Virus record (IMG/VR): IMGVR_UViG_3300032053_000060
Location: 3,842 to 67,841 of that record
DNA from: a virus
DNA length: 64,000 nucleotides
Direction: 5' to 3' (one strand)
Below the pieces are notes generated by a model, which saw only the letters and a list, made by a program, of their open reading frames with translations, was not told the origin of the DNA and made no database searches. Of this stretch, positions 26,820-35,703 are shown one piece after another. The translations under genes were made by a program, and so were the position numbers. Position 1 is the stretch's first letter. Every line of letters begins with the position of its first letter.

Positions 26820-28273
26820 TGTTTGATACTAATTTAGTAAAAATAATAAAAATAGATAACGTTTACGCAAAAATTGTAACAGAACACCCATCTCTACTTA
26901 ATGATGTATCTAATTATTTTACAGTATATGTACAAGGATATAAATTCATGCCTAAATATAAAATGGGCATATGGGATGGAAAATTGCGGTTTATAGAAAG
27001 AGATGGGACTTTTTTAATAGGGTTATTAAACTTGTTATATAAATTTATTAAAAATTATGATATAAAAATAGATTTAGATTTAGATTTAGTAAATAATAAT
27101 GTTGACTTTGAAGATGAATTTAATAATATAACTACTGAGTGGTTAGTGGAAAGTATAACTCCTAGAGATTATCAATTAGAAGGTGCTATAAAAGCTATAA
27201 AATATAAACGAGGAATTTTGGAACATGCGACGGCTGCTGGAAAATCTTTAACTATCGCAATGATATTAAAATATTTAGAATTGTCAAATAAATGTAAAAA
27301 AATGATGATTTTAGTTCCTACTGCTGGATTAGTTGAACAAATGTATTCTGATTTTTTAGAATACGGAATAGAAGAAAAATTATTGGGACGATTTTATGAA
27401 AAAGAGAAAAATATAGACCGATTAATAACTATATCCACATGGCAATCTATGCATGTACATAAAGATTTAATAAATGAATTTGATTGTATTATTACAGATG
27501 AATGTCATACTCAGAGAGCAAATGTTGTAAGATCCGTATTATTAAATTCTGAAAATGCAATCTATAGAATAGGGACTTCTGGAACTGTAGATTTACATAA
27601 ATCGCAAAAATGGCTTATAGAAGGAGTTTTAGGTCCAGTTATACACAATATTCCACCAGCGTTTTTGATTGATAATGGTTATGCATCAGATGTTAAGGTT
27701 AATATTTTGTTTCTTCAACATAAAGAAGCTGATGTTAAAAAATTAAAAGGGATGCCATACCAAGAAGAAAAAACTTGGATACAAACATGTAATATACGAA
27801 ATAAAATTATTAGAAAACTTATTAAAAAACATCAAGAATTGGAGCATAACGTTTTAATTTTATTTGATCATATAGAGCATGGAAATTTTATTAAAGAAAG
27901 TCTAAAAGATTTAGAACAAGATGGGGCGCATATATTTATGGTTACTGGAGAAACCCCAGCTAAAGAGCGCGAACGTATTAGAAAATTTACAAATGAAAAT
28001 AAAAAGGTGATTTTATTAGGTACTTATGGAGTATTATCTACAGGAGTAAATATAAATAGATTAAATGCTCTAATATTTTCAGTTGCAGGAAAATCTATGA
28101 TTAGAATATTACAAAGTATAGGTAGAGGTATGAGATTACATCATGAAAAAAATGGCGTAAGAGTATATGATATATGCGATAGTTTTAAATATTCAGAAAA
28201 ACATTTAAGTGATCGTTTGACTATTTACGATAAGGCAGGTTATAAAGTTGACGTAAATGATATAATACTCTAG
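26819..28273 (+). CDS. uvsW: UvsW DNA helicase
   Basis: GYKFMPKYKMGIWDGK, PRDYQ, TAAGKS, DECH, LQSIGRGMR. Confidence 0.95.
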   Translation: MFDTNLVKIIKIDNVYAKIVTEHPSLLNDVSNYFTVYVQGYKFMPKYKMGIWDGKLRFIERDGTFLIGLLNLLYKFIKNYDIKIDLDLDLVNNNVDFEDEFNNITTEWLVESITPRDYQLEGAIKAIKYKRGILEHATAAGKSLTIAMILKYLELSNKCKKMMILVPTAGLVEQMYSDFLEYGIEEKLLGRFYEKEKNIDRLITISTWQSMHVHKDLINEFDCIITDECHTQRANVVRSVLLNSENAIYRIGTSGTVDLHKSQKWLIEGVLGPVIHNIPPAFLIDNGYASDVKVNILFLQHKEADVKKLKGMPYQEEKTWIQTCNIRNKIIRKLIKKHQELEHNVLILFDHIEHGNFIKESLKDLEQDGAHIFMVTGETPAKERERIRKFTNENKKVILLGTYGVLSTGVNINRLNALIFSVAGKSMIRILQSIGRGMRLHHEKNGVRVYDICDSFKYSEKHLSDRLTIYDKAGYKVDVNDIIL

Positions 28274-28284
28274 GAATAATTAAT

Positions 28285-30135
28285 ATGGCAGTATTTCAAA
28301 ATAGTTCATTATATTCGTTATCCATTATGATAAATGGGGTTAGGAGAAATATACGTCCTGGAGAACAAATTTCTGGACCAGATTCTTTAGCAGCAGTTGT
28401 CGGATTAACTATTATAAACCCTTCAACTAAAACTATTATTCCTAAAGAAAATATAATACAACCTCAAACTATAAATAATATAGCCTCTAAAAATAATTAT
28501 AGACCAGAAATTATTCCAAAGTTTTTAATAAGTGAAAATAGTAAAAGTAATTTTAAATTTATAATAGATGAGGAAATAAAATATTTAGAAAATATAAAAA
28601 ATAAAAATGAAATTCCATCAGTAACATTGGCAGTTTTGACAAAAAATCATTTAGACTTAATAAAAACGTGTTGTGAATCTATTTTTAATAAAGTGCATTA
28701 TAAAAATACAACATTATTAATAATAGATACTGGTTCTACAGATCAATCAGTTTTAGAGTATTATAAATTGTTGAATGACAAATGTATATCTAAAAACTGG
28801 AAATATAAATTTGTACAATTAGATACTTTCCATTATAGTAAAAATTATAATTATGTTATAAAAAACCATATTGATACTGATTACGTTTTATTACAAAATA
28901 ATGATACGACAGCTATTAATGATTATGTTACAGAAATGATGCAAATTGGAATTATGAATAAGGTTGGTTCAGTTGGTTGTAGAATGTTTTATCCAAATGG
29001 TACTATCCAACATGATGGTCAAACTTTTTATAATGGTAATAATAATATAATAAATAGTCCATCACATATAAATTTAAGCAAAACTAAAGAATCTGCCGAT
29101 AAAGATGTTCCTGAAAAAATTTGTCTAGTTGATGGTAATACTGCCGCTGGCGCATTAATGAGAACTAAAGATTATTTGCTTGTAGATGGGCTTGATGAAA
29201 ATTATAAAGATATTTTTCAAGATGTAGATTTAATGGCAAAAATTCCTCATTTTTTAAATAAGTTTAATTACTGCAATAAAAATGCAGAAATTTACCATAT
29301 AGATAATGCTTCTAGAAAAGCCGTAGGTTTAAATAGAGTAAATATTGATTCTGATGTTAAGTATATTGATAGGAAATTTAAAGAAAATAATTTATTATAT
29401 GCAAAATTACCTAAAAAAGTTGATTTTTCTATTATAACTTTAGTTAGGAATTTAGATGACTATAAAGATTTTTTAAATAGTGTAAGAATTCAAAATGGAC
29501 AACATACTATAGAATTAATAGCCATTCCAAATTTTCATAATACGTTTACATCTGCGGCTAAAGGATTAAATTATGCTAAGAGTATATCTTCGGGAGAAAT
29601 ACTAATTTATTGTCATGAAGATATTTTAGTCGGAGAAAACTGGCTAAATACTATTAAAAAACATATTGTAGAACTAACTCAAACCAATGAGCGAATTGGT
29701 GTATTGGGAATGGCTGGTGTTTCAGTGTCTCAAAAACCAATTTTCTTCTTAACTAATGAAAATGGTGATACTGTAAATAATTATGGCGCAAATACTAGGA
29801 TTGAGTGTCCATATTTAGATGAATTATGTTTAATAACTTTAAAAAATTCAAATTTATCATTTAATCATAATATATTTGACGGATTTCATTTTTATGGCGC
29901 AAACTTATGTTTAGATGCAAAATTAAAAAATTGTAAAAACTATTCAATAAATGCTAGTTGTTATCATAAGTCTGATGGTTCTAAAAATTTACGAACTACT
30001 GAAATGTATAATAAATATGCTGCTGATGCTAATAAATTTAATAATTACGCTAAATCTAAAGGGGTATTTAATTGGAGAACCACTACTGCAATGAGTGTTA
30101 ATGGTAATATAACTCTATTTCCAAAGAAACATTAA
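28285..30135 (+). CDS. Glycosyltransferase with two GT2 (GT-A) domains
   Basis: IIDTGSTD, LQNNDT, TIQHDG, FQDVDL; second domain YCHEDI, LDELCL, FDGFHFYGANLCL. Confidence 0.85.
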   Translation: MAVFQNSSLYSLSIMINGVRRNIRPGEQISGPDSLAAVVGLTIINPSTKTIIPKENIIQPQTINNIASKNNYRPEIIPKFLISENSKSNFKFIIDEEIKYLENIKNKNEIPSVTLAVLTKNHLDLIKTCCESIFNKVHYKNTTLLIIDTGSTDQSVLEYYKLLNDKCISKNWKYKFVQLDTFHYSKNYNYVIKNHIDTDYVLLQNNDTTAINDYVTEMMQIGIMNKVGSVGCRMFYPNGTIQHDGQTFYNGNNNIINSPSHINLSKTKESADKDVPEKICLVDGNTAAGALMRTKDYLLVDGLDENYKDIFQDVDLMAKIPHFLNKFNYCNKNAEIYHIDNASRKAVGLNRVNIDSDVKYIDRKFKENNLLYAKLPKKVDFSIITLVRNLDDYKDFLNSVRIQNGQHTIELIAIPNFHNTFTSAAKGLNYAKSISSGEILIYCHEDILVGENWLNTIKKHIVELTQTNERIGVLGMAGVSVSQKPIFFLTNENGDTVNNYGANTRIECPYLDELCLITLKNSNLSFNHNIFDGFHFYGANLCLDAKLKNCKNYSINASCYHKSDGSKNLRTTEMYNKYAADANKFNNYAKSKGVFNWRTTTAMSVNGNITLFPKKH

Positions 30136-30143
30136 AAAAGTAC

Positions 30144-30171
30144 TTGAAATTTTATTTTGATCATATATAAT
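30144..30171 (+). promoter_or_regulatory. sigma70-like promoter TTGAAA-N16-TATAAT pointing into a non-coding region
   Basis: Read directly; no ORF of 60 aa or more downstream before the convergent gene. Confidence 0.65.
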
Positions 30172-30177
30172 ATAAAT

Positions 30178-30650
30178 GTCACTATGACGTGTCGGTATTC
30201 TAAACAGTTTTTTTCCGACTATAAAAAAAAATAAAGAAGATTTGTTGATGTATATGTAAGTTGAATTTATTCTATAAACTTACATAGGTTCTTAAATAAA
30301 CTGGAGTAGCCTGATTATAGACTATTTTTTCGTTTAGGTAAAGAACAAGGTATGCTAAACATTAATATTTAATTATATTGATGTTGAATCGAGCACTTAA
30401 CCCTTTAGTGTGGCCAAATTTGTCTGCGATGCACAAGAATACGGATTATCTTCTTATTCGTTAAGAGAAAATAACATAAAGAAGTGCTAGTAAGTTATAT
30501 TATTAACTTAAAAAGCGTTATAAGGAAAAAAAATTACCTGATGTAAGGTTATTAAATTATTGTTTATAATAATATTTTAAAATAAATAATAAAGTTAATG
30601 GTAAACGAAGTGAACCATTCTGTAATGAAACGAAGTGAAATGAAAGATTT
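30178..30650 (+). ncRNA. Candidate large structured ncRNA or transcription-primed replication origin
   Basis: At least 8 stems including long-range pairs and a G-U wobble; two AAACGAAGTGAA copies (30603-30614, 30628-30639). Confidence 0.5.
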
Positions 30651-30666
30651 TAATAAACATATAAAC

Positions 30667-31278
30667 TTAGTATGTTTTTAAAAAATTATTTTTAACTTTT
30701 GGTGCCCCTAAATTTCTTCTAGCTACACCACCAACAGCAATGCCTTTGTAAGTACTAGTACTAACATTTCCTAATTTATATTTACCTAATAAAAATTTAG
30801 ACCATTCTTCATCTAATTTTTCTAATTCGTTTATATCATTAAAATATATAGGAACTTCAAAGGATTTCAATTCTTTAAAATAATTATTTAAAGAAATTTT
30901 ATCTTCATTTGTTAATAATCCATCTTTAGAAATTATAATTTTATGGTTTCCTGGTTTATTTCCAATTTTTAATGGTAATTTGTCTGCATCTGGTTTTATT
31001 CTTACAATTCCACTAATTAATAAGTTTTTATCATTAATAGATGTTGACAATGGTAATATACAATCCCAATACATGTTATCAGCCATATTTGTATAACCTA
31101 TAATTTCTCCATAATCGAAAGGATTAAGTTCACTACTACCCCATTTATAAATAGTCTTTTTTAAATATTCAAGTCTAATTGGTAAAGGGGTTTGTATTCC
31201 AAGTTTAACTATATCACTCAATGAATAATTTTTTTTAACAGATTCGTATAATAATGATAAAAATTTAGCTGGGTTCAT
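30667..31278 (-). CDS. Late protein with an inorganic-pyrophosphatase-like motif
   Basis: PFDYGEIIGYTNMADNMYWDCI resembles the PPase P-x-NYG-x-I...DGDPLD motif; TATAAATA at 31297-31304; ATG 31278 preferred over TTG 31290. Confidence 0.5.
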   Translation of the reverse strand: MNPAKFLSLLYESVKKNYSLSDIVKLGIQTPLPIRLEYLKKTIYKWGSSELNPFDYGEIIGYTNMADNMYWDCILPLSTSINDKNLLISGIVRIKPDADKLPLKIGNKPGNHKIIISKDGLLTNEDKISLNNYFKELKSFEVPIYFNDINELEKLDEEWSKFLLGKYKLGNVSTSTYKGIAVGGVARRNLGAPKVKNNFLKTY

Positions 31279-31314
31279 AATATCTTCCAATAATAGTATT
31301 TATATTTTTATATC

Positions 31315-31342
31315 TTGATTATTATTATTATTAAGATATAAT
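31315..31342 (+). promoter_or_regulatory. sigma70-like promoter TTGATT-N16-TATAAT for nrdA
   Basis: Read directly. Confidence 0.6.
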
Positions 31343-31421
31343 TTAAATATATAAACTTTAAAAATAATATTGTTATTGATAAATAACAATCCAGATAAAA
31401 TAAAGATAAGAGGATGCCTAT

Positions 31422-33068
31422 ATGACGGATAATACTATTGATATAAAAATGCCTGTTTTAATAAAGAAACGTTCTGGTAAAAACGAAAAGTTGGATATTA
31501 ATAAAATTCATAAAGTTCTATCATGGGCTACTGAAGGATTAAAGAATGTCTCAGTTTCAGATATTGAAGTAAACGCTAGTTTACAATTAAAGGATGGAAT
31601 TAAAACTTCACAAATTCATAAAGTTTTAATTGAGTCTGCTGTAAGTTTAATATCTGCTAAAACTCCAAATTACCAATTTGTAGCTTCTAGACTTTTAAAT
31701 TATTATATTAGAAAAGAAACTTTTGGGTTATACACTTCAAAAGAGTTACCACATTTAAATAAAATTATAGAAAAAAATGTAAAACTTAAAATTTATGATA
31801 AAGTAATTCTTGAACAATATACTAAATTGGAAATTGATTCTATAAATGATTATATTCATCATGATAGAGATTTTAATTTTGCTTATGCTGGTATACAACA
31901 AATGGTTGATAAATATTTATTAAAAGATCGAATAACTAATATTTTACATGAAACTCCACAATATACTTTTATGGTCATAGCAATGACTGTATTTGGACAT
32001 TACCCAAAAGATACAAGAATTGATTATATCCGAAGACTTTATAATCAAATTTCATTATTTAAAATTAATTTACCAACTCCTATATTATGTGGCATTAGAA
32101 CACCATTGCGACAATATAGTAGTTGTACATTGATTGACATTGGTGATTCATTACCTAGTATATTTTCATCTAACACTGCTGTTGGATATTATACTGCTAA
32201 AAGAGCAGGTATTGGTCTTAATATTGGTCGCGTTAGAGCAATTGGATCTTCAATACGAAATGGTGAAGTTGTTCATACAGGATTAATACCATATTTAAAA
32301 ATGTTAGAAGCTACAACTAAATGTACTACACAAAACGGAGTTCGTGGTGGATCATCGACTACATATTATCCATTTTGGCATTATGAAGTAGAAGAATTAT
32401 TAGTATTAAAAAATAATAAAGGTAATGACGAAAATAGAATTCGTAAAATGGATTATGGAATACAATTATGTAGATTATTTTATAAAAGAGTAAAAAATAA
32501 TGAAGATATTACTCTTTTTAGTCCGTCTGATGTAAATGGGTTATATGATAGCTTTGGAGATAATACTAAATTTGAAGAATTATATTTAAAATATGAAAAA
32601 GATCCGCTTATAAGACATAAAAAAATAAATGCTAGAGATTTATTTTCAAAAATTGCACAAGAAAGAATTGAAACTGGAAGAATTTATATTATGAATATAG
32701 ATCATACTAATGAACATAGTTCATTTAAAGATCATATAAGTATGTCTAACTTATGCGTTGTTGGTGATACTAAAATTGATATAAAAATTAATGAAATAAC
32801 CCAAATTACTACCATTGAAGAATTATTTAAAACGTATAATAAAAATGATGATATAAAAATAATGAGTATGGCATTAAATAATGAAAAACAATATTCAAAT
32901 TTAGATAATGTATTTAAAACTGGTGAAACAGACGAATTAATAGAAATAACAGATGAAAAAACAGGTAAAAAATTAACATGTACATTAGAACATAAAATAT
33001 ATACTAAAAATAGAGGTTATGTTGAAGCTAAACATTTAAATGAAGATGATGAATTATGTATTTTTTAA
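31422..33068 (+). CDS. nrdA: Class Ia ribonucleotide reductase alpha, N-terminal fragment fused to the N-half of a split intein
   Basis: ATP-cone (KKRSGKNEKLDINKIHKVL), PTPI, SSCTLI, QNGVRGG, ETGRIYIMNID, MSNL | CVVGDT...; stop at 33068. Confidence 0.95.
   Translation: MTDNTIDIKMPVLIKKRSGKNEKLDINKIHKVLSWATEGLKNVSVSDIEVNASLQLKDGIKTSQIHKVLIESAVSLISAKTPNYQFVASRLLNYYIRKETFGLYTSKELPHLNKIIEKNVKLKIYDKVILEQYTKLEIDSINDYIHHDRDFNFAYAGIQQMVDKYLLKDRITNILHETPQYTFMVIAMTVFGHYPKDTRIDYIRRLYNQISLFKINLPTPILCGIRTPLRQYSSCTLIDIGDSLPSIFSSNTAVGYYTAKRAGIGLNIGRVRAIGSSIRNGEVVHTGLIPYLKMLEATTKCTTQNGVRGGSSTTYYPFWHYEVEELLVLKNNKGNDENRIRKMDYGIQLCRLFYKRVKNNEDITLFSPSDVNGLYDSFGDNTKFEELYLKYEKDPLIRHKKINARDLFSKIAQERIETGRIYIMNIDHTNEHSSFKDHISMSNLCVVGDTKIDIKINEITQITTIEELFKTYNKNDDIKIMSMALNNEKQYSNLDNVFKTGETDELIEITDEKTGKKLTCTLEHKIYTKNRGYVEAKHLNEDDELCIF
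32754..33065 (+). mobile_element. Split intein N-fragment (104 aa)
   Basis: CVVGDTKIDI block A, LTCTLEHKIYTKNRGYVEAKHLNEDDEL block B, then stop codon. Confidence 0.93.
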
Positions 33069-33094
33069 ATAATAAATTAGGATAATATACTATT

Positions 33095-33442
33095 ATGTAC
33101 AGTGTTTATAAACATACTTTTAAAGAAACTAATAAATGTTATATTGGTTATACGAAATTTTTAATAATAGAACGATTAAAAAAACATCATACAAATGCAA
33201 TGTCTAATATACAAACAAAGTTTTATAGAGCAATAAGAAAATATGGAATAGAAAGTATTTCTTCTGAGATTTTATTTACAACCGAAGATGAAATATTAGC
33301 AAAACAAAAAGAAATAGAATTTATAAAAATGTATGATTCATTTAAAAAAGGTTATAATATGACATTAGGTGGTGATGGAAAAGCTAATTTTTTAATAAAT
33401 TCAAAACTAAAAAAATCTAACTATATAGAAGGAAGATTATGA
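33095..33442 (+). CDS. Free-standing GIY-YIG endonuclease (catalytic domain only) between the split-intein halves
   Basis: SVYKHT..CYIGYT..RLKKH..FYRAIRKYG..EIEFIK..GYNMTLGG; 115 aa, no NUMOD tail. Confidence 0.88.
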   Translation: MYSVYKHTFKETNKCYIGYTKFLIIERLKKHHTNAMSNIQTKFYRAIRKYGIESISSEILFTTEDEILAKQKEIEFIKMYDSFKKGYNMTLGGDGKANFLINSKLKKSNYIEGRL

Positions 33443-33543
33443 TTAAAATTAAAAGAATAAAAAAAGATATTAATATACCAGTATATGATATTACAGTTAA
33501 AGAAACTTCAAATTTCTTTGCAAATAATATATTAATTCATAAT
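33439..33543 (+). mobile_element. Split intein C-fragment (35 aa)
   Basis: Basic N-terminus MIKIKRIKK, block F VYDITV, block G ILIHN followed by Cys. Confidence 0.93.
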
Positions 33544-34485
33544 TGTACGGAAATAACCTTGCCAACAACTCCAATAAATACTATTGATGATTCTGAAGGC
33601 GAAATAGCGTTATGCGTTTTATCCGCTGTTAATTTAGGACAAATAAATGATTTAGATGACTTAGAAGAGACTTGCGAATTAATAGTTCGTACATTAGATT
33701 TCGTAGTTGAACATCAAGAATACCCAGTTAAATCTGCTGAACATATGAAAAGTCGAAGAAGTATTGGAGTTGGATTTACAAATTTAGCTTATTATCTTGC
33801 TAAAAATAAAGTAGGATATGATAAAACTGGTTATGAATTAATAGATAAAACTGCTGAAGCATTTCAATATTATTTACTTAAAGCATCTGTTAAATTAGCA
33901 AAAGAATTTGGTCCTTGTGCATATTTTAATAAAACGAAATATTCTGATGGAATTCTTCCAATTGACACGTATAATAAAAATGTTGATAAATTTTATAAAA
34001 GAGAATTGACATACGATTGGGAATTATTACGAAAAGATATTATACAATATGGTATTAGAAATTCTACATTATCAACTCAAATGCCATGCGAATCTTCTTC
34101 AGTACTAAATAATTCTACAAATGGCATAGAACCACCAAGAGGTTTGGTATCTACTAAAAAATCTAAGCAAGGGCTTCTAAAACAAGTTGTACCAGAAGCT
34201 AATAAGATTGGGCATTTTTATACTACAGCTTATGAAATGTCTAATGATGGATACTTAGAAATAGTTTCATTAATACAAAAATATTTTGATCAGGCTATGT
34301 CTGTAAACAATTATTATGACTTTACAAAATATGAAGATGGAGAATTGCCATTATCTATTGTTTTAGACAATATTATGTATGCTTATTCGTTGGGAATAAA
34401 AACTTTATATTATGCAAATTCCAATGATGGTAAAACTGACTCAGATAAAGAATCTGATTGCTTAGGTGGCGCTTGTTCGGTATAA
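33439..34485 (+). CDS. nrdA: Split intein C-half fused to the C-terminal fragment of RNR alpha
   Basis: ...VYDITVKETSNFFANNILIHN | CTEITLP, EIALCVLSAVN, MPCESSS..NSTNGIEP, KTLYY, C-terminal CLGGACSV. Confidence 0.95.
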   Translation: MIKIKRIKKDINIPVYDITVKETSNFFANNILIHNCTEITLPTTPINTIDDSEGEIALCVLSAVNLGQINDLDDLEETCELIVRTLDFVVEHQEYPVKSAEHMKSRRSIGVGFTNLAYYLAKNKVGYDKTGYELIDKTAEAFQYYLLKASVKLAKEFGPCAYFNKTKYSDGILPIDTYNKNVDKFYKRELTYDWELLRKDIIQYGIRNSTLSTQMPCESSSVLNNSTNGIEPPRGLVSTKKSKQGLLKQVVPEANKIGHFYTTAYEMSNDGYLEIVSLIQKYFDQAMSVNNYYDFTKYEDGELPLSIVLDNIMYAYSLGIKTLYYANSNDGKTDSDKESDCLGGACSV

Positions 34486-34503
34486 TATCATTAAGGATAA
34501 ATT

Positions 34504-35571
34504 ATGAAACAAATAATTAATTTAAAACAAATAGATTTTACAAAAGAACCTATGTTTTTTGGTGAAGGTTTAAACTTACAACGGTATGATTCTTTTAAAT
34601 ATAAAAAGTTTTTTGATTTATTTAAAGAACAGATGTCGTTTTTTTGGCGACCAGAAGAAATATCTTTAATGAAAGATATTAACGATTATAAAAATTTAAC
34701 AGATCATGAGCAAAAGATTTTCACTAGAAATCTTTTGTATCAAACATTATTAGATTCGGTACAAGCCAGAGCGATACCTTATATATCTGAACGTACATCT
34801 TTGCCAGAAATAGAAGCATCATGTTCTGCATGGCAATTTTTTGAACAAATACATTCATATTCATATACTTATATAATAAAAAATATTTATGCGAACCCGT
34901 CAGAAGTATTTGATGAAGCATTAAAAAATGAAGAAATTAAAAAAAGAGCATTAAGTGTTACAAAATATTATAACGATTTAATAAATTCTTATGGTGAATC
35001 CGATATAGATCAAAAGAAAAAATTATATTTAACGTTAATATCTGTAAATATTTTAGAAGGTATTAGGTTTTATGTGTCATTTGCATGTTCTTATTGTTTT
35101 GCGCAAAACAAAAGTATGGAAGGTAATGCTAAAATAATTTCTTTAATAAATAGAGATGAAAATTTACATTTAGCAATGACGCAAAATATCATAAAAATAC
35201 TTAAAAATAATGAAAGTGAAGGATTTGTTGAAATTGCAAAAGAATTAGAAGATGAATGTATAAAAATGTATCAAGATGCAGCAAATGAAGAAATTGCATG
35301 GGCGCAATATCTTTTTTCTGAAGGAAGTATGTTAGGATTAAATGCTGAAATATTAGAACTATATATGAAATATTTAACAAATAAACGAATGACTTCCATT
35401 GGCATGAAACCAATATTTGGTAAAATTGATAATCCTATTAATTGGATTAAACAGTGGACAGAAGGAAAAGACGTTCAAATCGCTCCACAAGAGACTGAAA
35501 TAGAGTCATATAAAATTTCATCTATTAAAAATGATATAAATAAAATAAATTTTGATAAATTCGTTTTATAA
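34504..35571 (+). CDS. nrdB: Class Ia ribonucleotide reductase beta subunit
   Basis: FFWRPEEISL, LLDSVQ, EQIHSYSY, LEGIRFYVSFAC, RDENLH, QIAPQETEI. Confidence 0.97.
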   Translation: MKQIINLKQIDFTKEPMFFGEGLNLQRYDSFKYKKFFDLFKEQMSFFWRPEEISLMKDINDYKNLTDHEQKIFTRNLLYQTLLDSVQARAIPYISERTSLPEIEASCSAWQFFEQIHSYSYTYIIKNIYANPSEVFDEALKNEEIKKRALSVTKYYNDLINSYGESDIDQKKKLYLTLISVNILEGIRFYVSFACSYCFAQNKSMEGNAKIISLINRDENLHLAMTQNIIKILKNNESEGFVEIAKELEDECIKMYQDAANEEIAWAQYLFSEGSMLGLNAEILELYMKYLTNKRMTSIGMKPIFGKIDNPINWIKQWTEGKDVQIAPQETEIESYKISSIKNDINKINFDKFVL

Positions 35572-35578
35572 AAATATA

Positions 35579-35606
35579 TTGATTAATAGTAAAAAAGATG
35601 TATAAT
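35579..35606 (+). promoter_or_regulatory. sigma70-like promoter TTGATT-N16-TATAAT for nrdJ
   Basis: Read directly. Confidence 0.6.
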
Positions 35607-35703
35607 TTAATCATGATAAAAGTTAATATTAATTTTTATTTTAAGGGTGATAAATAACCTTACCATTATTAATTTTAAAATAAAAAGAAATAGGAGTTTA
35701 ATT

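Noticed and set aside
23248-28273. Stop-codon reassignment as seen in some large phages
   Set aside because: Genes are full length in code 11; TAG ends gp4 and uvsW and TGA ends several genes at expected positions
30178-30650. tRNA, tmRNA or group I/II intron identity for the structured region
   Set aside because: No cloverleaf/TTCGA arm, no tRNA-like ends, no GUGYG start or domain V, no convincing P7 pair; kept as an unclassified candidate
33069-33438. Group I intron interrupting nrdA
   Set aside because: No room for an intron core (26-nt gap and a 4-nt overlap); intein blocks A/B and F/G flank the break, which points to protein-level joining
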